Assembly (NCBI GenBank): GCA_034226945.1
Contig: CP120458.1
Location: forward strand, 62,001-126,000
Source of the DNA: Picochlorum sp. SENEW3
Lineage: Eukaryota
DNA length: 64,000 nt
Reading direction: 5' to 3'
Positions 34,498 to 46,420 of this stretch are shown in pieces. Numbering within the stretch: position 1 is the stretch's first letter; every line of letters starts with the position of its first letter. The position numbers were made by a program, and so were the translations under genes. The notes under the pieces are model-generated. The model was not told the origin of the DNA. It was given only the letters and a program-made list of their open reading frames with translations, and did not search any database.

Positions 34498-36438
34498 AAA
34501 AACATTCTCGCGGGCCCCTTTTTTTGACGTGAGTCTCATGACACTTCAATCGACATAGGGATGTTTGGATGGAAAGGGCGGATGAACCGCCCTTTCAGTT
34601 GGCCAGGTTTGTCCAAGCCCCATGCGCTGGGAACATGCATGTACTGTAACATTCCTGTGGTGAGACTGAAACCTTGTATGGTCCTTTGTATGGATTTCCA
34701 AGCGTTCTGGGTTTCTTTGACAACCGTCCTAATTCACAGGATCCTAGAAATTCCTTTGCACTACAGCAGTATAGACTGATCACTGTATCAACTGGCATTG
34801 CATAAATGCAGTTGTCGACACACCCACAATCTTCATTTGCGACTTGCCATGGCCTGCTATCGATACAAATCTCCCAAATCCGTGTATCGGCTGAGCAGAC
34901 CTGCGTTTCCATTCTTGGACTCACATCCCCCATTTGCAAAATATCTCTCAAGTAGGAGGGAAAAGCTACCTATGTTACTGCTTTCATATTCGATATCCTC
35001 TCGTACATGCGCTGCATCCACATTGATTCTGTCTAAAATCAGAATACACGCGAATCTCGATGGCATGCTTGATCCTCATAATCAAATGTCACAGTTCGAG
35101 AGAACCACATTAATTCTATTGCTACGAGGTTTGGATTGTTGCCCCCGTGCCAATAATGAGCAGCTATATCGGCCATCAATCCTCTCATTCACAACTTCAT
35201 ATACATATGAGTCTGTGGCTAAGGCATCGCGCATCATGGCCACAGCAGCACCTCACTGAGAGCCATAAGAAAGCAATATGGTGACATGCAAGCATTTTAG
35301 CGGACAGCAGAAACGAGCTTGCTATGGACCGACAGAAGTCCGAAGGACGTATACTCTGGTGATCAACAAGTGCATGATACGGCTGCGATATATTCGTACC
35401 ACAGGAATTGAAGGAGATACTGACGCCCTGACCTTCATGGGGATTTGACTGGCGTAGATGGCCTCATGACCATCAGCACTTGCAAATAATCCGCGGAAAA
35501 TCGTACTGCTCACGGACATTACTTGTCACAACTGTACATATGTTTCCATGATGCTTGGTATTGAAGTGTTGGCTGCTTGTTTTGTGGCGTAGTCGTCACT
35601 GTTCCATCTGACATATGACTTGGCTGCATAAGCATTACAGGTAGCATCTGATTTGGCCTTTATGACATTTCCACATGGAAGTGTCAGGATAAATGACATT
35701 CAGGAGCAAATATGCACCAAAACATAGCAGATTGCTGTAGATTATGCTTCCACCCGGGCGATGGAACCTGGGGCAGTTAGCCTTGAGCAGTAACAGCCTT
35801 GGCCCAAACTCAGGTGTCATGAATCGACGAATTTCGCCTATGACCATGCCAATTTGACCGGACGGTTGGACACTCTATCTATGAATAAGAGCATCCCATC
35901 ACAGGCTGATGTTGACCGGGAACATTACAATTCGCGTGTAGCACGATATGCTTCCCTTAGCTGCCCTCTGATACGCGTCAGGCATCGACAGAGAATCCAG
36001 CAATCCATTTCTTCTTGACTATCAAAGCACTATAGATCAATTAAAAGCCAATACCCTGGCACAGAGAGCAACCAGAGGTGCGCACGGACATTCGACAGTT
36101 AATGGTTGGGCACATTTGGTCGCTTTGCGGCGGCGTCTAGCCACCCGGGCTTGCCATCCACCCCTATAATGTGCATCTTACTCTTTTCTATTTAATGCAC
36201 TGTCCCAAGGGTACTCGGTTGACACGTATGAAAAGTGGCACGCTTTTTTTCCCGATTTTTTCACGAATTCGTCGCTCGCGAACGCCACGTCACAAGGCAC
36301 TTCTTGGCTTCTCTGGTCCAGTCTTATAATGTATTAATAGTCAGTTTTATGTGCACAGTGTAATTTATCCTGCTGCAGGGAAGCGGGAATCGCGTTTGTG
36401 GTTACATCTATATAAAGTTATTCCCCCCTGTAGGCCCG
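34498..36438. repeat. ~1.9-kb dispersed repeat, copy 2, inside Gypsy-2
   Basis: Colinear with 3512..5445. Confidence 0.85.
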
Positions 36439-36840
36439 AATAGATAAAAACTTCAACTGGAGAATACCTGTAAAGGATGGATAACAAGGGAGAGAGATGA
36501 GCCATTGACCAACAAAAGAAGGCGTCCCCTCTGATGTGACAAGGCAACCAATCATCCAAAATCATGACAGAAAAGAAAAGTGAACGGGGCCAGCGTTCAT
36601 ATGTTAGTGTCGACACAGAGAGATAGTTGCAACAGAGATCAGAAAGAAGACTCAATTCGAGTTTCAGATGCATTTAATAGTAGTACTCAACAAAGGAGCA
36701 TGATCTCAGAATAATAATAAGAAGCGCTTTCTTTTTTTTCGGAGTTCAGAAACTAACTCGATTTAATGACGTCTTAGAGAACTGTAGTCTCTTGAAGTTG
36801 TTGCATTCTTATGCGTTGATGAATAAAAGATTCCATGAAC

Positions 36841-39800
36841 TCAGGTCACTGGAATTCTAGTCGCTTGTCTTTTCGACGGATCACGGGGTACAACTTGTCT
36901 TGATTGATGTTGCTCATTTTGTTTTTCCCAACGTGATTTCTTATTTGAATCGTTCGATTTTCTTGACAGAGAACGTTTCTTGCGACGGACAACTTCTTTA
37001 TGAGGAACCTCTTTACCTTGATGATCTTGATCTTTATGGCGATCACTCGAGTTCATCTCACCTGTTTTGAGCACAGACTTGGGTCTGGCATCAATGCTCG
37101 CTTTAGCAGCAAATAATTTCTGGACTTGTTCATTGAAAAAGTCCGCACCAGCATGAAGCAAAATCAAATTTTCGGTGCATTGCATGGTCGTACCATCAGT
37201 AAGACGAACCGTATACCAGTCTTGTTGTTTGACCTGGCGATGAGCAACAATGGCTTGCATTTCAAAGCACTTTGGGGCTTTATCAGTATTATACCTGCGA
37301 AACCATTTGATATGTAACACTGGTCGAGCACGACGCATTGTCTGGATCAACTCCAAGTCTAATTTGGATTTAGGAGTGCCAGAATCACACAAATCAGTCC
37401 AAAATATGAGAGCTGTGTTTGGCGAAAGCATACGCTGAATAGTAAAAGGACCAATGAAACGTGGAATGAGCTTTGGCAACTTAATTGCAGATCCCAGATG
37501 CAAATATTTCACATTCAAAAGAACACGATCACCTGGCTTAAAGTTGTGCTTTTGGAATTTTCGTTGACCCGACACAATCTTTGTCATTTGATAATGGTCT
37601 AAAGCCTCTCTGGCTTGTATCTGTGCTGCTTGAATGTTCTGTAATCGAGTCAGCACACCTGTATTATGAGGATCAAGAAGTAATTGGCGCTCAAATTCCA
37701 TAGGAAAGACTAATTCACGACCATGATTCAGAAAGAATGGGGAATGCTTCGTTCCTGTATTCACCGACGAATTCAACGCAAATTCAATCATAGTGAGCTT
37801 ATCAGCCCAATTTTGCGCATGACGAGTATCATTATCGGAAGGATGCATAAGACAGCGCAATTTATTTAGGATGAGCCTATTATATCGTTCCACTTGACCA
37901 TTTCCTGCTGGATGATATGACGTTGTACGGCTCACTTGGATTTGGAAACACACATTCAGGCGAGCAGAAAAGTCATTCACGAATTCACTACCTCTATCCG
38001 AAATGAAACGATGCGATATCCCAAAACGCTTGAAAACATGATGAAAATACAGGTCAGCAATCTTGGCACCAGTTAACCCTTTCTTGGAGGTAGCGACAAC
38101 GACCACGAATTTGGTCAGACTGTCAACAAACACAACAATACAATCCACTATCTCCACATGACCAGAAACCGACAGTTCGACAGCTGGAAAACCTGAACAA
38201 ACGTCCATATGCACTGTATGAAAGGGATGTGGAGGTACTGGCAAAGCCTGAGCATTATTAAACGGCTTCTGAGTACTGTCCTTGGCACACTGGCACACAT
38301 GACAACGCGAGACAAACAAATGACACTCATGAAGATGATGCTTCCAATAAAAATGACGACTTAATCTGGCTTTTGTTTCCTGGTGTGCTCCATGAACACA
38401 CTGCTCATGAAACTGGCGAAGAATATTCTGTCTGAGAGCATCAGTCTGTGGGCAATTAGGAATGATGGTGACCTCACGACCTCGATATTCGCCTCTCAGC
38501 AGTCCATTTTCCAATCGACAACTTCTGGGGTCGATTTTACGACACAGACGACTACATGTGCTGTAAGGTGCTCGTTGAGGTTCAAGCACACAACGCAACA
38601 AAACAGATGTCCAGGGATCTTCCGAGTACGACTTCCGAATCGTATCACACATAAACTGAATTGGATCAGCCAGCTCGTTGGGCTGTTCCGACACTGCGAG
38701 CAAATGATGAGGCTCGACATCTGAGGAGGGTAGAGTCTGTGCCTGATGCACCCCATTCGGCAATCTGGATAAAGGATCAGCGACCTTGTTCTTGGCACCT
38801 GGCAAATGACGAATAATTAATTGCCCATCTCGATACTGAGATAGCACTTGCAGGTAGCCAACTTCTCTTCGGCCCTTGAGAAGTTCTCGTTGTGTGAGCA
38901 TACGAGCGGCTGCGGCGTTATCTGTTTCGACAATGACCTGAGGGGATTGTGTAAGGAATTTGGCCCACTGTTTGAGACAATACACAATAGCTAAAGTCTC
39001 CTTCTCACAAATACCATATCTCGCTTCTGTATCAGTGAACTTGTGGGACAAATACTCTATGGGCTGCCAGCCTCTACCTGTGGGATTCTGCATCAAAACA
39101 GCAACGAGGGCTAAATCACTGGCATCACATTGAATCAAAAACGGCTGAGTGGGCTCTGGCACAGCGAGAACAGGCGGACTGGTAATCAGCTTCTTCAATG
39201 TTTCAAAGGCTATTTGAGCTTGTGCAGACCACACCAGCGTTTTACCTTTCAGCAGCTCGGAGAGAGTGGCGGCAATCTTTGCATAGCCTTGGCAAAACCG
39301 TCGATAAAAGTTTGTGAGACCCAAAACTGAAAGTAATTGAGATAGGTTCTCTGGAGGCTTCAATTGCTGGATGGCTTGCACCTTCTGAGGGGTAACTTCT
39401 ATTCCATCGGCAGAAATAACATGTCCAAGCCATTCCAAACGCTCAAAGAAAAAGAAACACTTGCTCGAATTCAAATAGAACTGATACTGACGGAGACGGT
39501 CGAACAGAATTCGTAAAAGTTCAAGATGGCGTGGGACACAGTCAGTACCTATGAACATGTCATCCATATAGAAGAACACTTCACCGGTGGCAAGCAGATC
39601 CCCTAAAATCGAGGCCAAACGCCTAGAGAAATGACCTGGTGCTACTCGAAGTCCAAATGGTAGCACTTTAAACATGAACCGACCTATCGGCGTGATGAAA
39701 GATGACAGTTCCATAGACTGACGATCTTGCAATCGGAGTTGCCAATACCCACTGGCACAGTCAAGCGAGCTGAGAACCTTGCGATGGCGAATCTTGCTGA

Positions 39801-40857
39801 GGAGATATTGAATAGGTGGCAAATCCGAAGCTTGATCCACGATGAGCTTATTAATCGCACGATAATCAACTACCATGCGCATGGAGCCATCCTTCTTCTT
39901 GACAAACAAAACATGGCTCCCAAAAGCAGATGTACTAGGTACAATGAATCCTTCTTTCAACAGCTCGTCAACTTTTTGTCTAAGAAAAGCCTCCTCTTCT
40001 GCTGTAGGCCATTTAAAGTATGTTTTAGGCGGTTGAGCGCCTTCTTTCAAAGACAATTTCACATCAAAACCTGGTCTTCGCGGCGGCAATGGCGGTAAAC
40101 CCTGAACAAAGATATCTTGATTGCTATGCAAGAAATTCGTTAGTCTCGTATCATTCAAACCGACATGAAATTGTGATTTGGGAGAAGAATCAGGCAATTC
40201 AACATTCCCAACAAAGGGGTATGGAGGACCCTGATAATTCAATGTGCAGCAATATTCGACTTGGTCTGCGTTATTGTGCCACAGATCAACCAGCTCGTCT
40301 TCTTCCATGACCATGGCGCAAAGCGTCAAGCGACGTGATGTGGCATCAGGCGAAGGCAAAGATACGGAGGAAGTACTAGAAACTGTTAATGTAGCAATAC
40401 CTTCTGGCAGCGGTATGTGGATGCCTTGACTATCCCAGCGGCCATTACGCTTCAATATCGATTCTAGCCAACCAAAAGGAAGTATTATATCATAAGGACC
40501 TGTAGGATGAATGTAAAAATACGTAGCTTGCGTGATTCTGTTGGATTGGCCATTGATCAGCACATCATAATGCAATGTCAAGTCACAGGCTTTGGTGATG
40601 CTGGGTCCAAAATCTTTTGTAACTGTGGACAACTGAATCGGTGAGATTTGCTGCAAAGGAAAGCCATACTTAGTAACAAAATCAGCCGACATCAATGGAT
40701 ATGGTGTCGTGCACCCTGAATCAATAAGGACTTGTGCAGGATGTCCCTCACAAAACGCAATAAAAGTGGATGCTCGTGGCGAGTGCGACATGGAATGCAA
40801 ACATATTGGAAGGATTTCAGCGGACTGGCCCGTGTCTGTTTCAGAACAGCCCCTCAC
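36841..40857 (-). CDS. pol: Gypsy-2 Pol (PR, RT, RNase H, integrase, chromodomain-like tail)
   Basis: LIDSGCT, YMDD, CDASD, HEQCVH..CHVC, SDRG, GQVER, RFIGPF, AIVAHR..WYTVR. Confidence 0.95.
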   Translation of the reverse strand: MRGCSETDTGQSAEILPICLHSMSHSPRASTFIAFCEGHPAQVLIDSGCTTPYPLMSADFVTKYGFPLQQISPIQLSTVTKDFGPSITKACDLTLHYDVLINGQSNRITQATYFYIHPTGPYDIILPFGWLESILKRNGRWDSQGIHIPLPEGIATLTVSSTSSVSLPSPDATSRRLTLCAMVMEEDELVDLWHNNADQVEYCCTLNYQGPPYPFVGNVELPDSSPKSQFHVGLNDTRLTNFLHSNQDIFVQGLPPLPPRRPGFDVKLSLKEGAQPPKTYFKWPTAEEEAFLRQKVDELLKEGFIVPSTSAFGSHVLFVKKKDGSMRMVVDYRAINKLIVDQASDLPPIQYLLSKIRHRKVLSSLDCASGYWQLRLQDRQSMELSSFITPIGRFMFKVLPFGLRVAPGHFSRRLASILGDLLATGEVFFYMDDMFIGTDCVPRHLELLRILFDRLRQYQFYLNSSKCFFFFERLEWLGHVISADGIEVTPQKVQAIQQLKPPENLSQLLSVLGLTNFYRRFCQGYAKIAATLSELLKGKTLVWSAQAQIAFETLKKLITSPPVLAVPEPTQPFLIQCDASDLALVAVLMQNPTGRGWQPIEYLSHKFTDTEARYGICEKETLAIVYCLKQWAKFLTQSPQVIVETDNAAAARMLTQRELLKGRREVGYLQVLSQYRDGQLIIRHLPGAKNKVADPLSRLPNGVHQAQTLPSSDVEPHHLLAVSEQPNELADPIQFMCDTIRKSYSEDPWTSVLLRCVLEPQRAPYSTCSRLCRKIDPRSCRLENGLLRGEYRGREVTIIPNCPQTDALRQNILRQFHEQCVHGAHQETKARLSRHFYWKHHLHECHLFVSRCHVCQCAKDSTQKPFNNAQALPVPPHPFHTVHMDVCSGFPAVELSVSGHVEIVDCIVVFVDSLTKFVVVVATSKKGLTGAKIADLYFHHVFKRFGISHRFISDRGSEFVNDFSARLNVCFQIQVSRTTSYHPAGNGQVERYNRLILNKLRCLMHPSDNDTRHAQNWADKLTMIEFALNSSVNTGTKHSPFFLNHGRELVFPMEFERQLLLDPHNTGVLTRLQNIQAAQIQAREALDHYQMTKIVSGQRKFQKHNFKPGDRVLLNVKYLHLGSAIKLPKLIPRFIGPFTIQRMLSPNTALIFWTDLCDSGTPKSKLDLELIQTMRRARPVLHIKWFRRYNTDKAPKCFEMQAIVAHRQVKQQDWYTVRLTDGTTMQCTENLILLHAGADFFNEQVQKLFAAKASIDARPKSVLKTGEMNSSDRHKDQDHQGKEVPHKEVVRRKKRSLSRKSNDSNKKSRWEKQNEQHQSRQVVPRDPSKRQATRIPVT

Positions 40858-42167
40858 TGAAAATTTTGATAATAGCCTTGTACTGGTTGTTGTAGTACCT
40901 GTTGTCCTTGTACTGGCATAGGCATCAGTGGCGCAACCTGGTTGACAAAGTGCTGCGGATTCCCATAGCCACCTTGAGGCGCAACGTGTTGCGGCGGTGT
41001 ACCAAAAGAGTTCTGATAATTATTACCGCGATTCCCGAAATTGCGAGATGGGTGACCACCCCCACCTCGGCCATATCGTCTGTTGGGACCTCGATCTTGG
41101 CCAGGACCTGGATTGCGGCCCCCTCTGTGTCTGAAAGCAGGAATACCATAGGAATGCTCCTGATCCCAGCCCCCAGATCTGGCAGGCTTATGCCTCCAAG
41201 GACCACCCTTGTTCGGCTGTTTCGGAACACGAGTAGAATTATAACCTGGCGTCGTCCTCTGGTTCGGTGCTTTAGACTGGCCTTGGTATCGCCTTGCTTT
41301 CCCCTTTCCTAGGGGCGAAACTTGTGCAACAGCAAAACACGGATCAGGTGCCGTATTGGGCTCAAACCCAGTGGCATACGTCTTGTTTTTGATCACCTCA
41401 GCACGACGCTCCAATTCTGCAAAAATATCCTCGATATCCGGAGAGCTTGGGTATCCCTGGGCTTCCAAATATGCCCGCAGATAAGATCGAGCATACGGGT
41501 TCAATTTCGACAGAAGATCTGTGACCAAGATCCGATCAAGAGAAAGGTCAGGGAACACAGCTGTAAACACATCCCGGTAACCAGCCAGGAAGAGCACCAT
41601 GTCCTCGTCATCCGCCTGCTTCATATCAGCCATCTTGACCATGAGACGTCCTTGATAACCATGACCATTCAAGAATTCCATCAGCTTGCGGGCTGTCTCG
41701 CCCCAGGCATCCCAATCTTCGTTGCCTGAGTTGGCCTCCTGGGCGTCTTTGAACCAAGTCAAGACGCGGTCCGCATGCACGAACGCTTTTGCTTGTTGCA
41801 ACATGTGAACGAAGTCTTCACAACTCACAGGAAGAGCCTGAGACCATCGAATGCTCCGACGAGTCCACAAAGCAGCGCCCAAAGGATCCGTTTTGGGATC
41901 TGGAGGCAGATCTGGAAGCCCTTTTCCCAGCTTGGACCTCTCAATGGGGCTGCACGAGCGGATCGGCGGCACCGAGACATTTTGGACATGCCCCGAATTA
42001 TCTTGGACCTCTCCATTGGCTTGCGGCGGCGAGACCGGCGGCGGCTGGCCACGGTTTTCCTCTGCCCCTGGAGGTGCCATACGACCTCCTGTCACCTCCC
42101 GGCGACGCGGGTTGGACAAATTGCTTTGATTACTTCTGGTATTAGCCATAGTACCAATAAAACGCAC
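40854..42167 (-). CDS. gag: Gypsy-2 Gag
   Basis: 437-aa ORF directly upstream of pol; MKQADDEDMVLFL gag-like motif; RGG/Gln-rich tail. Confidence 0.85.
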   Translation of the reverse strand: MRFIGTMANTRSNQSNLSNPRRREVTGGRMAPPGAEENRGQPPPVSPPQANGEVQDNSGHVQNVSVPPIRSCSPIERSKLGKGLPDLPPDPKTDPLGAALWTRRSIRWSQALPVSCEDFVHMLQQAKAFVHADRVLTWFKDAQEANSGNEDWDAWGETARKLMEFLNGHGYQGRLMVKMADMKQADDEDMVLFLAGYRDVFTAVFPDLSLDRILVTDLLSKLNPYARSYLRAYLEAQGYPSSPDIEDIFAELERRAEVIKNKTYATGFEPNTAPDPCFAVAQVSPLGKGKARRYQGQSKAPNQRTTPGYNSTRVPKQPNKGGPWRHKPARSGGWDQEHSYGIPAFRHRGGRNPGPGQDRGPNRRYGRGGGGHPSRNFGNRGNNYQNSFGTPPQHVAPQGGYGNPQHFVNQVAPLMPMPVQGQQVLQQPVQGYYQNFQ

Positions 42168-42326
42168 TGTGTTTTGGTATGATCACCAAATGTTAGCTGT
42201 TGATTTGCAATAGCTTGAGCTCAGACTGCTTGGGCAGGAACTCAATGATATATAGGTTCAGAACACGTGTGTGCGTTCTATCACTTTAGATGTTAGTACA
42301 AGTTACAATAGTTACTTGCTTATATA

Positions 42327-42926
42327 ATTAATTAGTGTGGGTTACAGCACCAGCCTGGGAGTTCCCGCTCAATGGAGGGACTAGATCGACCGATCGAATC
42401 CGTCCATTGGGGGCCCTGCTCCAGACATCATTGGCAATAGAAGGAATGAAGATAAAACTATAAGAACAACCAAAAAGGGCAAAATTTCGACTCAAATCAA
42501 CTCGAGATACAACTCCACCTGTGATTAACCCACTGACACAGGGAGGAGAAGAGTGTCGCAGCAACTCTAGCAGGTAAAACTGTCATAAACGACCTTGATC
42601 CAGAGCACTGTAAGAGCACACATTTCCAGCGAGGAGTATCCATTCAAAGAAAGCAGATGCATCACATGTTCATAATATTGAGATAGATGACCAATGTAAG
42701 AGAGTGTAATGGAAGACAGTCCAATAGAATGTTCCTGAAACATACAAATGCAAGATAGAAGAGCACTGTCATATTCTCCCGGAGCCCTGCTCTTGTGGTG
42801 TCCAACACCGGGAGGTTTGAAAACGAAGCAATCACCAGACCAGCCACTAGGATTGCTTATGTATGATAAATGTCACATAATCTGCTGGTTACACGGGTTC
42901 ACCCAAAACCCGGCAGAAAAAAAAAA
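42327..42926 (+). mobile_element. ~600-bp poly(A)-tailed insertion in the Gypsy-2 5' LTR (probable retroposed SINE/LINE fragment)
   Basis: Absent from the other LTR; ends in A10 (42917..42926); flanked by duplicated TATATA. Confidence 0.65.
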
Positions 42927-43047
42927 TATATATATCTTCGTTGACTGTTATTGTCGTCGTAATGCTTATATACCTTGGCAACCATCATGAGTAAATGGCT
43001 GTTCTAATTTAGATGATTTAAGACGTAACAGATCCTACTGGGGCTCC

Positions 43048-44451
43048 TTATTCCTCTTGTATTTCAATTCGACTCTCGTTAGAAGAGCAGTAAGCGATAA
43101 TCTTTTCCTTCACATCTTGCCAGCTGTGCAAGTTCGACTTGGGAGAGTCAGCACCAGGCTTCCAGTATATAATCCAGACGTCTTCTCTGTCAGCATAATT
43201 CTTTGAGCCACCATTTTGTTTCCTAGTACTTTGCTTGAATCTCCTGTAGGTGTTGAATGTCCTCTTTCCACCTGGGACAGCATAGAACAAAATATGTTCA
43301 TGACCAAATTCTGGAACATCCTTTCTTACAACCTTTTTGGGGCATTTTGTCTTCCAGATTATGTGGTTGATCTCCTCGAACCCTCGCTCTTGGAATTCTC
43401 GAAGGCATGTCAACACTTGGCTAGGAGGAATACAGAGAAAAATGCTGCCACCATCGATGACCTGTTCCCTGGCCGAGTCAAACCAACATCCCTTCGGAGC
43501 CACCGACGTCCTGCATACCAACAGTTCAACCCCGTCTTTATTAGATCTTGGCACCCATCTTTCTAAAGGTCTGAAAGCCTTCTTTGCCTCCGGATCCCCG
43601 CAATTAGGATCCAAGTTTTCCTTTGATAGTTGGGGCCTTCCATGTTTCTCTTTCCTTGGAGCACTCTGTTTGCAATACTGATGCATCTTCATTTGCTTGC
43701 CTTTCTTTGACTCGTCAAGATACAAACTGTATCCAAACTTAAAGGCATTTTGGTTGATTTCAAACCCACATGACCTGCGCCCCATCTCTCTTGCAACCCG
43801 TGCCGTAAGAGAGCTGCCCAGGAAAAAGTCACACACCATATCACCAGGCGCTGATCCAATGCCAATCATACGCTCCAGGAGCTTTCTCGGTAACTGGTTC
43901 TTGTTCTTCACTTGTCCTGGCTGGTACTCCCGTTGGATCTCCCAGACGTCTCCAAATTCTTTCAATTGCTCTGAAACTTTCCATGCAGGTTCATCTACCC
44001 CAGGCTTCTCATAAAATAGAATATGGTAGTGAGAGGAGACAAACTTTTGTGTGGTCCACACCCCAAAGTTGTACTTCCAAATTATGTGGCTGACCTCCTG
44101 TAGGCCATGCTTTTCCAAGGCCTCCAGCACATCTGCGAGCCGAGAATAGCCGCTCACGATAAATATCCTTCCCCCTGGTCTAAGGACCCGAGCAGCTTGC
44201 TTGACCCATTCTTCCGTAAAGCAGCCATAGTCATCGGCATCAACCTCGACATACCCCTCAACGACGTTGCCCTCGTTCCTGTTATAATGCTTGTGCAGCG
44301 ATTCTCCTTGGATGCCATATGGAGGATCTGTAACTATAAGGTCAATTGAATTGTCGTCGAGCTGATCCTTTGCGCCAATGCGGCAGTCCACGTTGAAGAA
44401 CGTCTCGCCTCTCTGACTTGGGGGAATTGCACGTGAGCGTTTTCGGTTCAT
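43048..44451 (-). CDS. Bacterial-type beta-class DNA N6-adenine/N4-cytosine methyltransferase with a degenerate duplicated C-terminal domain
   Basis: IDLIVTDPPY, RVLRPGG, HIIWKY, HYHILFYEK, DVWEI, CDFFLGS, GFEIN, with DPPY preceding the SAM motif. The second half repeats GGSIF/NHIIWK/HEHILFY/EDVWII. Intronless. Confidence 0.9.
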   Translation of the reverse strand: MNRKRSRAIPPSQRGETFFNVDCRIGAKDQLDDNSIDLIVTDPPYGIQGESLHKHYNRNEGNVVEGYVEVDADDYGCFTEEWVKQAARVLRPGGRIFIVSGYSRLADVLEALEKHGLQEVSHIIWKYNFGVWTTQKFVSSHYHILFYEKPGVDEPAWKVSEQLKEFGDVWEIQREYQPGQVKNKNQLPRKLLERMIGIGSAPGDMVCDFFLGSSLTARVAREMGRRSCGFEINQNAFKFGYSLYLDESKKGKQMKMHQYCKQSAPRKEKHGRPQLSKENLDPNCGDPEAKKAFRPLERWVPRSNKDGVELLVCRTSVAPKGCWFDSAREQVIDGGSIFLCIPPSQVLTCLREFQERGFEEINHIIWKTKCPKKVVRKDVPEFGHEHILFYAVPGGKRTFNTYRRFKQSTRKQNGGSKNYADREDVWIIYWKPGADSPKSNLHSWQDVKEKIIAYCSSNESRIEIQEE

Positions 44452-44853
44452 GGTCGACAAGATCTTACTAAGCAAAAGAATAAAACTTTCATGTATTTAT
44501 AATATTCCCAGCACTCAAGCGACACCATATATGATTGAGAACCAAAGATTGCCGGGCTGGGAAATTGCCGTTGTTAACGTAACACGGGGATTTAAATTCC
44601 AGCAATCTCATGATATGGTGTCGGTAGATTGTGCTGTTCGAAGGGAGTCACAAATTGTTCGCTGTAACAAAGAATCATCTGTCCAAGACGTGTCCCGACC
44701 GAACCTGGGGAGAGTGGAATTCACACAAGTATATGGGAGGTTCGCTGCGTCCCACATACCCATCGTCACTCTATTCACTCATCGTGATTCCATATATTCA
44801 ATATTAATAACCCAAAATAGTAGTTCGTTCATTGTTGTAAATCAATCTCAAAG

Positions 44854-46200
<1,347 letters not shown>

Positions 46201-46420
46201 ATTTGATGGGGTGTTTGCTTGCATGTCTCTTGCATATACATGAGTGCTTGCATGAAGATATTTTTTGTGTACATCAACATGTAACAAAAAGACTTTTACA
46301 AGACGAGATGGTGGCTGAAACATTGTTGATTAAGACATTATTCATTGGAAATCATTTGCGACAGATAGCCTATGATTATTGGTCACAAACAGGGTCCATA
46401 CCTGTCTGGAGTTTCAGTTC

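Larger units (their letters stand above)
33301..43030 (-). mobile_element. Ty3/Gypsy LTR retrotransposon (Gypsy-2), both LTRs interrupted, long 3' internal region
   Basis: ~230-bp TG..CA LTRs at 33301..34318 (MITE inside) and 42191..43030 (~600-bp insert inside); PBS-like TGGTGATCATACC below 42190; PPT-like GTTAGGGAAGAA at 34319..34330; open gag and pol. No matching TSD. Confidence 0.92.

Noticed and set aside
1..44451. Endogenous giant virus or Polinton
   Set aside because: No capsid, packaging ATPase, PolB or primase recognised; the structure is explained by nested transposons.
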